Shown here: positions 20,801 to 30,355 of the stretch, piece by piece
Numbering within the stretch: the stretch's first letter is position 1
How the letters are laid out: each line of letters starts with the position of its first letter
Assembly (NCBI GenBank): GCA_963705705.1
Contig: CAVPKK010000006.1
Location: 128,578 to 192,577, forward strand
DNA from: an uncultured bacterium
GTDB lineage: Bacteria > Babelota > Babeliae > Babelales > JABCYS01
Direction of reading: 5' to 3'
Length of the DNA stretch: 64,000 nucleotides
Notes under the pieces: model-generated
The model's database searches: none
Told to the model about the DNA's origin: nothing
What the model saw: only the letters and a program-made list of their open reading frames with translations
Position numbers and translations under genes: made by a program

Positions 20801-21388
20801 TATTTGAGTGCACATCCGCTTGATACCTATCGCCATCATTTACGTTGGTTGGAAGTAAAATCATTTAACATACTACTTGAACAGAGTTTGAATTTACCTG
20901 AAGAACCAATGGTCCTCGGTTGCGGATTAGTGAAAACGCAAAAGGTTATTTTCACCAAAAAAAATGATCGCATGGCTTTTGTTACGCTGGAAGATGCAAA
21001 CTCCAAGGCTGAGGTCGTAATTTTTCCAAAACTATTTGCTCAAGTCGAAGCTTGGTTAAGCGCATACAATGTATTCGTAATTAGAGGGATTCTAGATCAA
21101 AGCTCGCCGACACAATGCAAAATTAGAGCAAATGAACTGGTGCCACTTGATCTATTCTTTTCGCAATGGCAAATCAAAAGAGCTCAATTAACATTACCGC
21201 CACAATTTGGTAATAACTTATTGCAAGAGCTTAAAAATAAATTACAGCCCGGCAAAATTCCAGTTTCTTTAGTAGTAACTGAGCAGAGTAAACAAATTCA
21301 TATAGCTGCCAAGCATGCCGTTTCATTAGATGCGCAGATTTTACGCGATATCGAGCAACAATCGATCGGCGTAAAACTCATAATTTAA
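17825..21388 (+). CDS. dnaE: DNA polymerase III subunit alpha, with two repeat-derived in-frame inserts
   Basis: FTHLHLHTDFSLLDG PHP domain, GPGRGSAAGS, PDIDIDF, GFNKSHSAAY; start set at MADKH. Confidence 0.97.
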   Translation: MADKHFTHLHLHTDFSLLDGAISVDRLVGFGKEHGFKALAISDHGNIFGAVKFFATCKKAGIKPILGMEAYLTEDAAVRTMDNKYYHMLLIVQNEIGYKNLCKLISFSFQQGFYFKPRIDYNILEQHAEGLIATTACLGGHIPKLIMQENNAAVEDRIDWMLRVFGRERFYLEVQPPDQQEQKVLNAALFELAAKRNLNVVATADCHYATPEDRDAHEVMLSIQTQDKLDNPERYSFGGARVHMRTQADMLALFPNHPEAVYASGEIADRCTFDFKTGQLFFPKFEVPAEHTSESYFAVLCQSGLEELIASDRIPIDQIDAYRDRLQLEIDLIIKMGFVGYFLVVGDFIQWSKRNGIPVGPGRGSAAGSLVAWALQITNIDPLKYNLLFERFLNPERVSMPDIDIDFCIEGRERVINYVREKYGHDKVCQIITFGTMMAKGVVKDVGRVIGLPFDDANMITGMIPETLKITLKEALEQEPRIKELIEANPKVATLFDHALRLEGLTRHASKHAAGIVISPEPIEEVLPVYVPPGSKDLVTQYAMTELESLGFLKMDLLGLKNLTLIDRCTRLINSSLSSKDNTQRAHSEFIEESKREINMRSQLIDIDKIPLDDPKAFALVCAGNTSGVFQLESNGLKDVLRRLKPEKFEDIIAVNALYRPGPLGSGMVDDYIARRHGKAAVKYLFPELEPILDETYGVIVYQEQVMKIASAIAGYSLGEADLLRRAMGKKKAEEMAKHRAIFTERATQKGFNTAKAGELFDLMAYFAGYGFNKSHSAAYALIAYQTAYLKANYPAEFMACLISLESGDADKMVFYLQEAKDMGLEILPPDINKSHIDFTVDQGLPWTHGEPNNNNEIKPKLRFGLQGIKNVGLTSLENIITERAERPFIDLLDFCSRIDLRTSNRRVIEHLIFAGAFDSLPGHRAQQHNELQKIIDRAGEIKEQKLTGQMGLFGAPAEESDNKQPEPYAFELCDKWDAKTQLEKEKEVIGFYLSAHPLDTYRHHLRWLEVKSFNILLEQSLNLPEEPMVLGCGLVKTQKVIFTKKNDRMAFVTLEDANSKAEVVIFPKLFAQVEAWLSAYNVFVIRGILDQSSPTQCKIRANELVPLDLFFSQWQIKRAQLTLPPQFGNNLLQELKNKLQPGKIPVSLVVTEQSKQIHIAAKHAVSLDAQILRDIEQQSIGVKLII
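19577..19613 (-). repeat. Family A element inside dnaE (encodes RAHSEFIEESKR)
   Basis: cgcgctcattctgagtttatcgaagaatcaaagcgcg is the reverse complement of 27748-27784 with 2 mismatches. Confidence 0.9.
20350..20369 (-). repeat. Family B hairpin inside dnaE (encodes QGLPWT)
   Basis: ccagggcctgccctggaccc. Confidence 0.75.
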
Positions 21389-21422
21389 ATAGCAGAAATT
21401 TTGCCTGAACATTGCGCAATAA

Positions 21423-22124
21423 CTAGGGTTTGGTACCCAAATCAACTTCCTGCATGTAAAAACAGGCGTCTTGGTACAACATTGAATGCAACATTTTTAA
21501 AGTCATCAGAAATGTTTGCAATGGTTTTTGTTGCTTTGCGCCAAAATAATAGTCGATGGTTTTGCGGACGTGAACGCGTAATGGATCAGTTGGTGGGTTA
21601 GTGATTTTTAGCCAGGCAGTAACTAATTCTTGGTGTATCGTACTTAATGAATGAGAAGAGCCTTCAATGCCGTCAAATTGTTGCAGCATCCAAGATACTT
21701 TTTCAAATTCATTCTTTTCCATACGACAACGTAAATAATGTTGCGTCGTTTCTGTCATACGGGTTTTAAATTTCTGCGCAGCCTGTGTTATTGGCACTAA
21801 ATTATAAAGCTCTACCAACATTTTGAGCTGATCTTGGTTTGATGGCTCAAGCATAATAAGATGCTCATAGATGGCAGCAGTTTCGGAATATTTACCAGTT
21901 TTGATATATAAAAAAGCTGCCTTGCCGTAATGCTCAAACGCAGTATCGTCATGAAATGCTAATAAAATATCTGCTTCGAGTTGCTGAACAAACGCTGGAT
22001 CTTCCAACGTATGAGCCAACAAGCGATAGACGGCTAACGCGCGTTCCTTTTCGCCGCGCGATACAAACTCTGCAATTTTAAACCACGCCACCGAATGTTT
22101 TGCTATGATTTGCTGCTTCATCAT
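21423..22124 (-). CDS. Hypothetical alpha-helical (TPR-like) protein
   Basis: 233-aa ORF with GAGGGA RBS; helical pattern only. Confidence 0.65.
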   Translation of the reverse strand: MMKQQIIAKHSVAWFKIAEFVSRGEKERALAVYRLLAHTLEDPAFVQQLEADILLAFHDDTAFEHYGKAAFLYIKTGKYSETAAIYEHLIMLEPSNQDQLKMLVELYNLVPITQAAQKFKTRMTETTQHYLRCRMEKNEFEKVSWMLQQFDGIEGSSHSLSTIHQELVTAWLKITNPPTDPLRVHVRKTIDYYFGAKQQKPLQTFLMTLKMLHSMLYQDACFYMQEVDLGTKP

Positions 22125-22242
22125 TCCCTCTTACCAAAACAACATTATTTTCCTATTTGTATCAAATCATGATGCAATTGCAAGCATGGAAAGTCAATGG
22201 TCTCTTAATAAATTGTTGCATAGCTCTAATAAAGCGAAAGAC

Positions 22243-22317
22243 CCGCCCGTCGAATTCGGGGTCCCCATAACTCGGGTTCTCTTTCAGGGCGAGTTTTGGG
22301 CAAAAGGATATGAGCGG
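22243..22317 (-). repeat. Family A element with nested family E insert (second example)
   Basis: Reverse complement ccgctcatatcctt[ttgcccaaaactc...gagttatggggaccccgaa]ttcgacgggcgg; same insert type and position as 1882-1968. Confidence 0.8.
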
Positions 22318-22352
22318 CATGGCACAAAATAATGTTTAGGATTGTAGGAAAG

Positions 22353-22427
22353 TGGTGCCGGGAGCCGGAATTGAACCAGCGACACAAAGCTCTTCAGGCT
22401 TCTGCTCTACCACTGAGCTACCCCGGC
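22353..22427 (-). tRNA. tRNA-Phe (GAA)
   Basis: GCCGGGG/TCCCGGC acceptor stem, GAAGC-CT GAA GA-GCTTT anticodon region, encoded CCA; divergent from pheS. Confidence 0.95.
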
Positions 22428-22597
22428 AAATATTTCATAGATGAGTTGTTTTGTGGGTGGAAAGAATGACGCATGGGTGACATTTTGTCAATCGGCGCAG
22501 ATAAGATAAGCTGTGGTAAAAATACTGTAAGCAAAGCCTCCTTCCGTCTCCGATGATTCGATTAATGCAGGATGAGCGGATTGCGGCCAGCTCATCT

Positions 22598-23659
22598 ATG
22601 AAAGATTTAGACGTGACTAATAATTCGTTAGATATTCAGATTTCATCTATTGAAAAGCAATGCTTAGCCGCTATTGGGCAGGCGAATACAGCCGAACAAC
22701 TGGAAGCGGCCCGCGTGACTTACCTTGGTCGACAAGGCGACATTGCCAAGCTTATGGAAGCCCTCAAGTCAATGAACGTTGATGAAAAGAAAACGTATGG
22801 CCCCAAGCTCAATGCCCTTAAGCAGACCTGCCAAGAAGCCTTTGATCAAAAGCAACAAACTCTTGAGCAAGCAAAAATAAATATAGCTTTAGCCCGTGAG
22901 CAGAATTTCGATGTAACGGCCTATATCCCGAATCAATTAACTGGATCCCTTCATCCCTATACGAGAGTTATCGAACATATCGAAAATATATTTAACTCAA
23001 TGGGATTTACGGTAACCGATGGTCCTGAAGTTGAGACCGATTTCTATAATTTCACCGCGCTTAATATTCCACCGGATCATCCGGCCCGGGACCTGCATGA
23101 TACTTTTTGGCTAGCCGATTGTAAGGACTTGTTACTGAGAACCCACACTTCAACGGCCCAAATCCGCGCAATGCAAACGCAAAAACCACCGATAGCCCTT
23201 TGTGTAAATGGCCGTGTTTACCGCCACGAGGCAACGGACGCTACGCACGACTTTCAGTTCATGCAAACTGAGTGCATGGTTATTGATAAAGGGATTTCGA
23301 TGGCCAATCTTTTGGCGGGAGCGCAATCCATTTTACGTGCACTGTTTGAACAAAGCGATTTGCAAATTCGTGTCCGGCCAGGTTATTTCCCCTTCGTCGA
23401 GCCAGGCATTGAAGTTGATATCACATGCCCATTCTGCCATGCAAAAGGGTGCTCAATATGCAAATTCACGGGATGGATTGAAGCTGGCGGTGCCGGGCTA
23501 ATTCATCCTAACGTACTTAAAAGCGGCGGCATTGATCCGAACGTTTATAGCGGCTGGGCGCTTGGCTTTGGTCTAACACGCTTGGTCATGCTCAAATATG
23601 GCATTCCGGATATTCGACTGCTTCATGGAAACTCATTGAATTTTTTGAAGCAGTTTTAA
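22598..23659 (+). CDS. pheS: Phenylalanine-tRNA ligase alpha subunit
   Basis: NFTALNIPPDHPARD, LLRTHTS, YFPFVEPG, GFGLTRL; start could also be GTG at 22613. Confidence 0.97.
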   Translation: MKDLDVTNNSLDIQISSIEKQCLAAIGQANTAEQLEAARVTYLGRQGDIAKLMEALKSMNVDEKKTYGPKLNALKQTCQEAFDQKQQTLEQAKINIALAREQNFDVTAYIPNQLTGSLHPYTRVIEHIENIFNSMGFTVTDGPEVETDFYNFTALNIPPDHPARDLHDTFWLADCKDLLLRTHTSTAQIRAMQTQKPPIALCVNGRVYRHEATDATHDFQFMQTECMVIDKGISMANLLAGAQSILRALFEQSDLQIRVRPGYFPFVEPGIEVDITCPFCHAKGCSICKFTGWIEAGGAGLIHPNVLKSGGIDPNVYSGWALGFGLTRLVMLKYGIPDIRLLHGNSLNFLKQF

Positions 23660-23957
23660 CTTTCAGACACTTCTGTTAAAAACGAACTACCGTTGCAACG
23701 TTCAATTCCAATAAGAATATGTTGCAAAAGAGGTCGTCCCGTAATTTTTGTTGTTCTGGCAGCAATAACTCAAATGCTGTTCGATAAAGCCTTTCTCGAT
23801 ATCGATAGTCACATATATTGCTATCTGAAACCAGGTTTGTTTATGCTGATGATAGTTAAAACAGCTTCACAAAAGGATTATCTCGTGATTCGATTATTCC
23901 TTATTTAAGGGTTTGGCATAATCCAATAACCGAGACACATTAAAATTGGGAGTAATA

Positions 23958-24245
23958 ATGAAGACCATAGCTATAGTATTATCATCATTCTTTATCGCAT
24001 CAGTGGCTAATGCATGCCCTACTTGCTACGGAGCCTTAGCCGATCAATCTCCGCCCTTCTTCAGCAAAGAAGCGTATACGCCATTCAGTTCATCTCCAGT
24101 GGCAATGAATGATAAAAAAGGTGTTGCCAAAATCCGGCAGGCAAATAATAATGCAATGAAAAAAGGCCCCGTTGCTCAGCCAACAGGGGATAATGAGGAA
24201 CAACGTGAAGAAAAATCTATTATTGTTAGTGAGCCTGCTCAGTAG
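23958..24245 (+). CDS. Small exported protein with CPTC motif after the signal peptide
   Basis: GGAG RBS; MKTIAIVLSSFFIASVANA-CPTCYG. Confidence 0.65.
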   Translation: MKTIAIVLSSFFIASVANACPTCYGALADQSPPFFSKEAYTPFSSSPVAMNDKKGVAKIRQANNNAMKKGPVAQPTGDNEEQREEKSIIVSEPAQ

Positions 24246-24561
24246 CTCTGCTCTATTTGGCGCACTTGGTTGCATAACCAATGATTATCATCGACAAAAA
24301 GATCCGTTTTACGATTTCATTGACCCGAGTTTGCGTGAGACATTAGTTACGTATCGTAACGAGGCAGATTACCAAGATGATCCAAAGGCATGGCATGCGA
24401 TATGGTGCACTTGCCCTTGTAACAAATACCTTGCCAAATTCCATAGCAATAAGATTGATGCGGGTGGCCTTTGCCCGATTTGCGGGCATCGTGGTCATAT
24501 TGGACGGGCGGCACAAGAAAGAACCGTTGTGCCTAAATGGCTTAAAGTTCAGGATGCTTAA
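24205..24561 (+). CDS. Small exported Cys-rich protein
   Basis: GAGGA RBS before a GTG start; signal peptide; CTCPC and CPICGH motifs. Confidence 0.65.
   Translation: MKKNLLLLVSLLSSSALFGALGCITNDYHRQKDPFYDFIDPSLRETLVTYRNEADYQDDPKAWHAIWCTCPCNKYLAKFHSNKIDAGGLCPICGHRGHIGRAAQERTVVPKWLKVQDA
24543..24560 (+). repeat. 18-bp direct repeat, left copy
   Basis: TAAAGTTCAGGATGCTTA, identical to 27088-27105. Confidence 0.9.
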
Positions 24562-24917
24562 TTCTTCTCGAATATGGCATTTTTTTACTTGCCTGAAAAA
24601 AAATCCTTCATAGCCCAAATTGGTGGACCTTTTTCTGTGCTGCCCTTATAACTACACGGGCAAACAGCCAATTCAATGCAAGGGTCGTTGCCATTAAAGT
24701 CGGTTAAAAACCAACCTAAAACGTATCTCCAATCCACGGCAAAAAGTACCAATTTTGCACAGCCTGTAACGTCGCCAGCCGAGTTCCTACCTTAAAATCA
24801 CACAACCTGAAAGAAAAAGGGCAGTTTTTCACAAAAAAGCTCTGCTCTGCAGCCGACGCTTTTGACTGTCTGCATATAACCCTCTAATTTGCCTGTATCA
24901 TTCAAATGGAGGAAATT

Positions 24918-27074
24918 ATGCTACTTAAATACTTATCTTTTACCCTACTATTAACACCAGCAGCGCTTCTGCCGTCTGGCAAACCAGCCAAAACATTGCG
25001 GGAAATCCGTGCCGAGATTGCAGCGGAACGAGCTGCGGCCAATACCAATAATGTTCAGCTGCCTCGCTCATCTTCATATGCTATTGGGGGTCCAGCAGCT
25101 CATAGGCCCATGCCAGCAAGCTCGCAGCAGAATGATCAAAAAGAAGAAGAGAAAAAACAAGAAAACTTTGCCCGTCCGCTACCAACTGTTCCAAATGCTC
25201 CTGACACGAGACGAGTGACGGAATCTACGGCCATAGGTGAACTTCGGGCCAAGGCACAACAGGAACAAAAGCTACCCGAATCACCTAATACTGCGCGGCC
25301 AGTTGAGCAAGAACACAAGGAAGGCAAGGAAGGCCGAAATCAGTCTCAACAGGTTCAAAGTCGATCAGAAAAAGAATTGCAGGCTCTTATCGATGAGGTA
25401 CCTGAACTATTTTATTACTCTAAAAAAAGTGGTCCTTTATTTGATGCATTTGATCAAAATGATCTTGAAGGCATTAAGGCCTGCTTGACCAGTCCTTTCG
25501 ATGTTGACGATCATGATCTTCGCATGTTGATTCCCTATATTATTAGGCAAGCAGAATTAACTGACGCGGAAGTTGCAGAAATTAAAAATGCTTGGCCCGA
25601 GCTGCTAAATAAAATAGAGCAAATAGATCCTACATTGCCCAATCATGAACGCCGCCAAACTTGTGAAAAAATAATAGGTGATATAGCGCGCAAAATTAAA
25701 CCTTTGCAATTGCTCTTAGACTTACATAACGACCTCGCCGCCTCAGGCTTTAACCTGCTCATGAAGGCTGCCGCTGCTGGCAAAAATGAGATCGTTAATC
25801 AATCATTACACGCGAATTTTCAGCCACGAAGAGGATGGGAGGCCTTGGTGGGACGACCGCTCAGTTGGATGGCCGCCCGTAATGCGACCATTAATGAACG
25901 CGAATTGGTCTTGCATCTAACCAAAGATCGCAGAGCCAAGCCTGATCACATTGCATCTTATAAACGGTGCGTTTCGTTAGCCACTATACTCGACCCAGAA
26001 GCTTTAAAAAAGAAACACCCAATTCTACAGTTGGTAGGCAATATGGACGCGCTACAACTAGCAGCTCTTGGTGCGCATACAGATATTATTGCAACATTAA
26101 TAGATGAGTTATGTCTCCGAGCACACCGAGAGCACGTACGTCGTGTTGGATTAGGCAATCCAGAACACTATGTCGGTGAATATATTCATAGCGCTCTGCA
26201 AAGGCTCATATATTGGTCGGATGTTATTGAAACTAATTTGGCAGATGAGCTATTTACTGTCATTGGCATATCGGCTAAGCCGAATATGCTGCAATATGAA
26301 GCGACTGCCGCCCAGTTGATACAAGCACTATTGCAAACAAAAGATACAGACCAACGATATTACACCGGAAATTTTAATACCCGTTTAAGAGCATTACTCG
26401 AACACATCATGCAATATGGCTCTAATGAGGTATTCCATGCCATTGCCTCATCCCTGGCATCTGTGACAACAACTGAAATTAATTGGGATGAACAAGCTCT
26501 TAAAAAGATTCTCGAACAAACCCTAAATGGTGAAAAACTTACCATTTTGCTTGGCATAACTGCGCCAAAGGACTCAATCATACAGATATTTAGGGATGCC
26601 TTACTCAACGTTGTAGAAAAGAATCCGCTGAGCTACTCGGAGTATGTAGAACGGGCGCGAAATTATATTGTTTGTCGAGAGAAAATAGAGAATGAAATTG
26701 GAAACAACCTTCTTCCAGACCTGGCCAACATTGTACAAGGTTATGTTCAAGCACCGCAGCTACCAACTGCCGAAATCAGGCAACGAGTGTTAGGCATAGA
26801 ACCCAAGAAGAAAATATTGATTCTTAGGCTGCAAGAACTAACGATATTCAGTACATTACCACGCAGCGCTATACAGGTTCGGGAGATGATTAACCTTCTC
26901 AAGGAACAGCCGTATACGCCAGATGTATTAAAATTGATAATTGATTTACTTAATGACATTAAGGCCAATGCCCGCACTGAAAGCATTCAAAGTGTTAATC
27001 GATATGATTTTCCTAGCTTCAGCGCCCAAATGGATTCAATCAGGGAACAACTGCAATCGGAAATTGAAAATTAA
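24918..27074 (+). CDS. Secreted effector-like protein with a disordered N-terminus and ankyrin-like motifs
   Basis: GGAGG RBS, signal peptide; GFNLLMKAAAAGKNEIV and MDALQLAALGAHTDIIATLI resemble ankyrin repeats. Confidence 0.7.
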   Translation: MLLKYLSFTLLLTPAALLPSGKPAKTLREIRAEIAAERAAANTNNVQLPRSSSYAIGGPAAHRPMPASSQQNDQKEEEKKQENFARPLPTVPNAPDTRRVTESTAIGELRAKAQQEQKLPESPNTARPVEQEHKEGKEGRNQSQQVQSRSEKELQALIDEVPELFYYSKKSGPLFDAFDQNDLEGIKACLTSPFDVDDHDLRMLIPYIIRQAELTDAEVAEIKNAWPELLNKIEQIDPTLPNHERRQTCEKIIGDIARKIKPLQLLLDLHNDLAASGFNLLMKAAAAGKNEIVNQSLHANFQPRRGWEALVGRPLSWMAARNATINERELVLHLTKDRRAKPDHIASYKRCVSLATILDPEALKKKHPILQLVGNMDALQLAALGAHTDIIATLIDELCLRAHREHVRRVGLGNPEHYVGEYIHSALQRLIYWSDVIETNLADELFTVIGISAKPNMLQYEATAAQLIQALLQTKDTDQRYYTGNFNTRLRALLEHIMQYGSNEVFHAIASSLASVTTTEINWDEQALKKILEQTLNGEKLTILLGITAPKDSIIQIFRDALLNVVEKNPLSYSEYVERARNYIVCREKIENEIGNNLLPDLANIVQGYVQAPQLPTAEIRQRVLGIEPKKKILILRLQELTIFSTLPRSAIQVREMINLLKEQPYTPDVLKLIIDLLNDIKANARTESIQSVNRYDFPSFSAQMDSIREQLQSEIEN

Positions 27075-27086
27075 ATTTGTTTGAAG

Positions 27087-27692
27087 CTAAAGTTCAGGAT
27101 GCTTAGTTTTTCTCGCAAGCGGCATTTCTAACTCTCCAGACTCAGTTATCACTTCATGATGAGCAGACTGTTTCTTTTGGACTTTTACCGGATTAGGATT
27201 TTGCAGTGTTGCTGAAAAACTAAGCGTTCGCGAATCTTCATTCAGAAAAAGATCGATAAAACAGGAACCCTGCATCGTTACCTTTTTCACCTGATCCGGG
27301 AAATCATCATTTTTTCCATCACACTTTTCATTTGGCTGCGCAATGCAATTCTCTCGCCTTTTTAGGGTTATCTCGTTTTGTGAAACAAGCAAACAATACT
27401 TACGGCATGTTAAGCCATCGCCTTTTTCGCGTACCATAATGTATTTATAGGCACCGGCACCCCAATTAACCCATACCCTATTTGGCTTACTGTCAAAATG
27501 CTTTTTCGGTTGGATAGACCAGCCAATACCATCTGGCGAAACGAATTTTTTAATGCCAGCAATATTTTTTGGGCGTTCTACATCAAGAATTACAATTTCT
27601 GCATCGGTCGAATTATTAGTAATGGTACGAATAATGCAGCCACCATATAGAGTGGTTGCCAAAAATGAAATGATAAGAACTAATTTCTTCAT
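27087..27692 (-). CDS. Hypothetical exported protein
   Basis: GGAG RBS before MKKLVLIISFLATTLYG; several Cys residues. Confidence 0.7.
   Translation of the reverse strand: MKKLVLIISFLATTLYGGCIIRTITNNSTDAEIVILDVERPKNIAGIKKFVSPDGIGWSIQPKKHFDSKPNRVWVNWGAGAYKYIMVREKGDGLTCRKYCLLVSQNEITLKRRENCIAQPNEKCDGKNDDFPDQVKKVTMQGSCFIDLFLNEDSRTLSFSATLQNPNPVKVQKKQSAHHEVITESGELEMPLARKTKHPEL
27088..27105 (+). repeat. 18-bp direct repeat, right copy
   Basis: TAAAGTTCAGGATGCTTA, identical to 24543-24560. Confidence 0.9.
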
Positions 27693-27747
27693 ATTAAAAA
27701 CTCCTATAAGTCCATACGTTCTGCGAAGTCTCGCCATAGCTCATTTT

Positions 27748-27784
27748 CGCGCTTTGATCCTTCGATAAACTCAGGATGAGCGCG
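27748..27784 (+). repeat. Family A element (37 bp, CGCGCT-ended subtype)
   Basis: cgcgctttgatccttcgataaactcaggatgagcgcg; a half copy of the extended variant follows at 27821-27852. Confidence 0.9.
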
Positions 27785-27851
27785 TCGAAGATCGCTGTAG
27801 CAGACAAGAGCATCGGCGGAAGTGTTTTGCGCAGCAAAATCTATCGAAGGA

Positions 27852-28637
27852 TTAAACACAATCAACTTTTCTTCTAAAAAAGACCAACGCACTGATGCAA
27901 AAGAGCACGCTTGCAATGGTCAACATTAATGCGCAGCGTCCAACCGAGAAAAATTCGGGCAAATCAAGCAAGGCGCTACGTAATCCTTCGGTAATATACA
28001 AAATCGGATTAAACAAGGTCAATGTGCCCAATTTTGGCGAATAGGCATTCATAACTTTCCATGGCACCAAAAAGCCGCCAAGCATAACCATTGGGTAATT
28101 AATACGGCGCCAAAAATGACGGATACTTTTGCGCGATTGTGTTGCACAAGTAAGCAACATTTGCATCGATGCTACAAAGAAAGAAGCGAGGAACAGTATT
28201 AAGTAGGCCCCTGACCAACTTGCTCTTGAAAGATCCAAATCGTTATAAAAAATAAGCTTAAGGGTTGGTATAAACAATGCCGAACTTATGAAGTTAAACA
28301 GCGTATTAAATAGAATTTTTTGCATGATAATACATACCGGCGGCACCAGCGTGAGTTGAAAATCGATCATGCGATCGCGCTCAAAATCAAGCAGGAATTC
28401 TGCATTTGTGCTAAATGAGATCACAGATAGTGCATATAGAATTGTACCAATTAAAAATACTGGCACGCCTAAACTTGCTTGAGATCCCATACCAATTTTT
28501 GGTAATAAGTAGCCAAAACAAAGGCCATACATAATAGGATATTGAATCGAGAAGGAAATGATAAATACTGGCAACCGGGATGCATAGACCTTCATATCCC
28601 GCAGAAAAAAGGCGTACATGATGGATAATGAACGCAT
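27852..28637 (-). CDS. ABC-2 type transporter permease
   Basis: Six TM segments, NPILYITEGLRSAL; in an operon with a second permease and an ATPase. Confidence 0.85.
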   Translation of the reverse strand: MRSLSIMYAFFLRDMKVYASRLPVFIISFSIQYPIMYGLCFGYLLPKIGMGSQASLGVPVFLIGTILYALSVISFSTNAEFLLDFERDRMIDFQLTLVPPVCIIMQKILFNTLFNFISSALFIPTLKLIFYNDLDLSRASWSGAYLILFLASFFVASMQMLLTCATQSRKSIRHFWRRINYPMVMLGGFLVPWKVMNAYSPKLGTLTLFNPILYITEGLRSALLDLPEFFSVGRCALMLTIASVLFCISALVFFRRKVDCV

Positions 28638-28639
28638 AA

Positions 28640-29437
28640 CTATCTCCATACCGGGTCAAAACGCTTACGAAGCGCGCGAACGAGGAAGAAACTCATGATC
28701 ACACAATAAATAAATAACTGTACGATGCATATACTAGCGGGTAAAAATGTTGGTCCACCCATAAGTGATGCGCGCAGCCCTTCCACCATGGCAGTGGTCG
28801 GCAAAAAGCGCATAAAAATGCTTAGCCAAGGAGCAACAGGGATTACACTTTTATATGGATAATAAAGCGAACCAAGCAATGTCATGGGCAATAATACATA
28901 TGGCCACGTTCGATATGAAAACCACATCAATGGCTTAGCAAGCGCTACCGTAAATAATAATGTGGTAACAAAAATCATACTGAGCAATGAAACGATTGTG
29001 AATAAAAACCAGTTGCCTCGGTCAAATTGAAGCAGCGATCCGTATAAGAAATAAGCCATAATAAAAACAGGCGCGGCTGAGACAATAAGATCAATTACAT
29101 AGCTCAATACATATTTGATGGCGAGCATCCATGAAGAGATTGGCAACGTTAATTGATAGCCAATAACATTTGTGCTCTCAAAATCAATGGCATCAAGCAT
29201 GGCACGATCATAGGTGATATTAATCATGAGCAAAACTAGAATGCCGAAAAATGTTGGTGTAATGAGCGCCGTTGACGAGCCCATGAATGGTAATAGCTGG
29301 CCGTACATGAGGTAAGTAAAGCTCACGAGAATGGCGCTATCAACCAGTGTGCTTACCAATGTTGCCTTCATTAATTGCAGATCACGTATCAGTAATTGCC
29401 AGCAGGTTTTAGCTTGGGCAAGGATATTATTAGTCAT
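28640..29437 (-). CDS. ABC-2 type transporter permease
   Basis: Six TM segments, LPTTAMVEGLRASL. Confidence 0.85.
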   Translation of the reverse strand: MTNNILAQAKTCWQLLIRDLQLMKATLVSTLVDSAILVSFTYLMYGQLLPFMGSSTALITPTFFGILVLLMINITYDRAMLDAIDFESTNVIGYQLTLPISSWMLAIKYVLSYVIDLIVSAAPVFIMAYFLYGSLLQFDRGNWFLFTIVSLLSMIFVTTLLFTVALAKPLMWFSYRTWPYVLLPMTLLGSLYYPYKSVIPVAPWLSIFMRFLPTTAMVEGLRASLMGGPTFLPASICIVQLFIYCVIMSFFLVRALRKRFDPVWR

Positions 29438-30186
29438 TACGACTCCTCAGCCCGAGTCAACTCAATAAATACATCTTCAAAGCGAGATTGCTGATGTTTT
29501 TCCATCAATACGGAAATTTGTTCTGTAAGTAAGATTTTACCGTGATGCATAATGCATGCGCGTTCTGAAAGTGCTTCGGCTTCATCCAAGTAGTGCGTGG
29601 TCAGAATGACCGTAATGCCAGCTTGTTTGAGTTCACGGATAACATCCCACAGATGGCGGCGAATACCAGGATCCAAGCCAACTGTTGGTTCGTCGAGAAT
29701 TACAATTTCCGGATTGTGCATAAGTGCACGTGCGATTGATAAACGTTGGCGATAACCACCAGACAAATTATTAACATCAAAGTTTGCATACTTTTGCAAA
29801 TCAAACTTTTTCAATAACTCATCAGTCCGCGGCTCGATTTGATCTTCCGGAAGAAGAAAATAACGGCCGGCAAATATAAGATTATCGCGAACAGTTAAAT
29901 AACTATCTAAGTTTGGCCGTTGCGGGCAATAGCCTAATGCTTTTCTGTAGGTGCCCAGTTGTTTGTATATTGAAACGCCATTAAAAAGTACGTCTCCGCT
30001 CGTTGGCGGATGAACCGTGGCGAGGATGGATGAAAGCGTTGTTTTTCCGGCGCCGTTTATGCCGAGCAGGGAAAGGATCTCGCCGGCATAAATTTCGAGG
30101 TTAATGCCATCTAAAGCTTTAACTTCGCCTATCTGCGATTTGTAGATTTTCGTAACGTCTTTTATTTGGAGTATTGTTTTGTTCAT
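29437..30186 (-). CDS. ABC transporter ATP-binding protein (DrrA/NodI-like)
   Basis: GINGAGKTT, LSGGYRQR, ILDEPTVGLDP, TTHYLDEAE. Confidence 0.95.
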   Translation of the reverse strand: MNKTILQIKDVTKIYKSQIGEVKALDGINLEIYAGEILSLLGINGAGKTTLSSILATVHPPTSGDVLFNGVSIYKQLGTYRKALGYCPQRPNLDSYLTVRDNLIFAGRYFLLPEDQIEPRTDELLKKFDLQKYANFDVNNLSGGYRQRLSIARALMHNPEIVILDEPTVGLDPGIRRHLWDVIRELKQAGITVILTTHYLDEAEALSERACIMHHGKILLTEQISVLMEKHQQSRFEDVFIELTRAEES

Positions 30187-30245
30187 AAGGTTCTTAGTAT
30201 TTTGATCAAGCAAACTATCTTTGCAAGCTCAAGTGGTCACAAGAT

Positions 30246-30280
30246 CCGCTCGTCCTGAGCCTGTCGAAGGATACGAGCGG
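30246..30280 (-). repeat. Family A element (35-bp core)
   Basis: ccgctcgtcctgagcctgtcgaaggatacgagcgg; exact reverse complement of 47891-47925. Confidence 0.95.
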
Positions 30281-30355
30281 CAATGTAAACGAATAAGAGC
30301 AAAGCAAAGGCGAAACGTAATTAAAGTCGCCAAAACTGCTATTGAATATCTTTGC

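Noticed and set aside
24562..24900. Possible small gene or pseudogene upstream of the 24918 CDS
   Set aside because: Only short frames with no recognisable homology.
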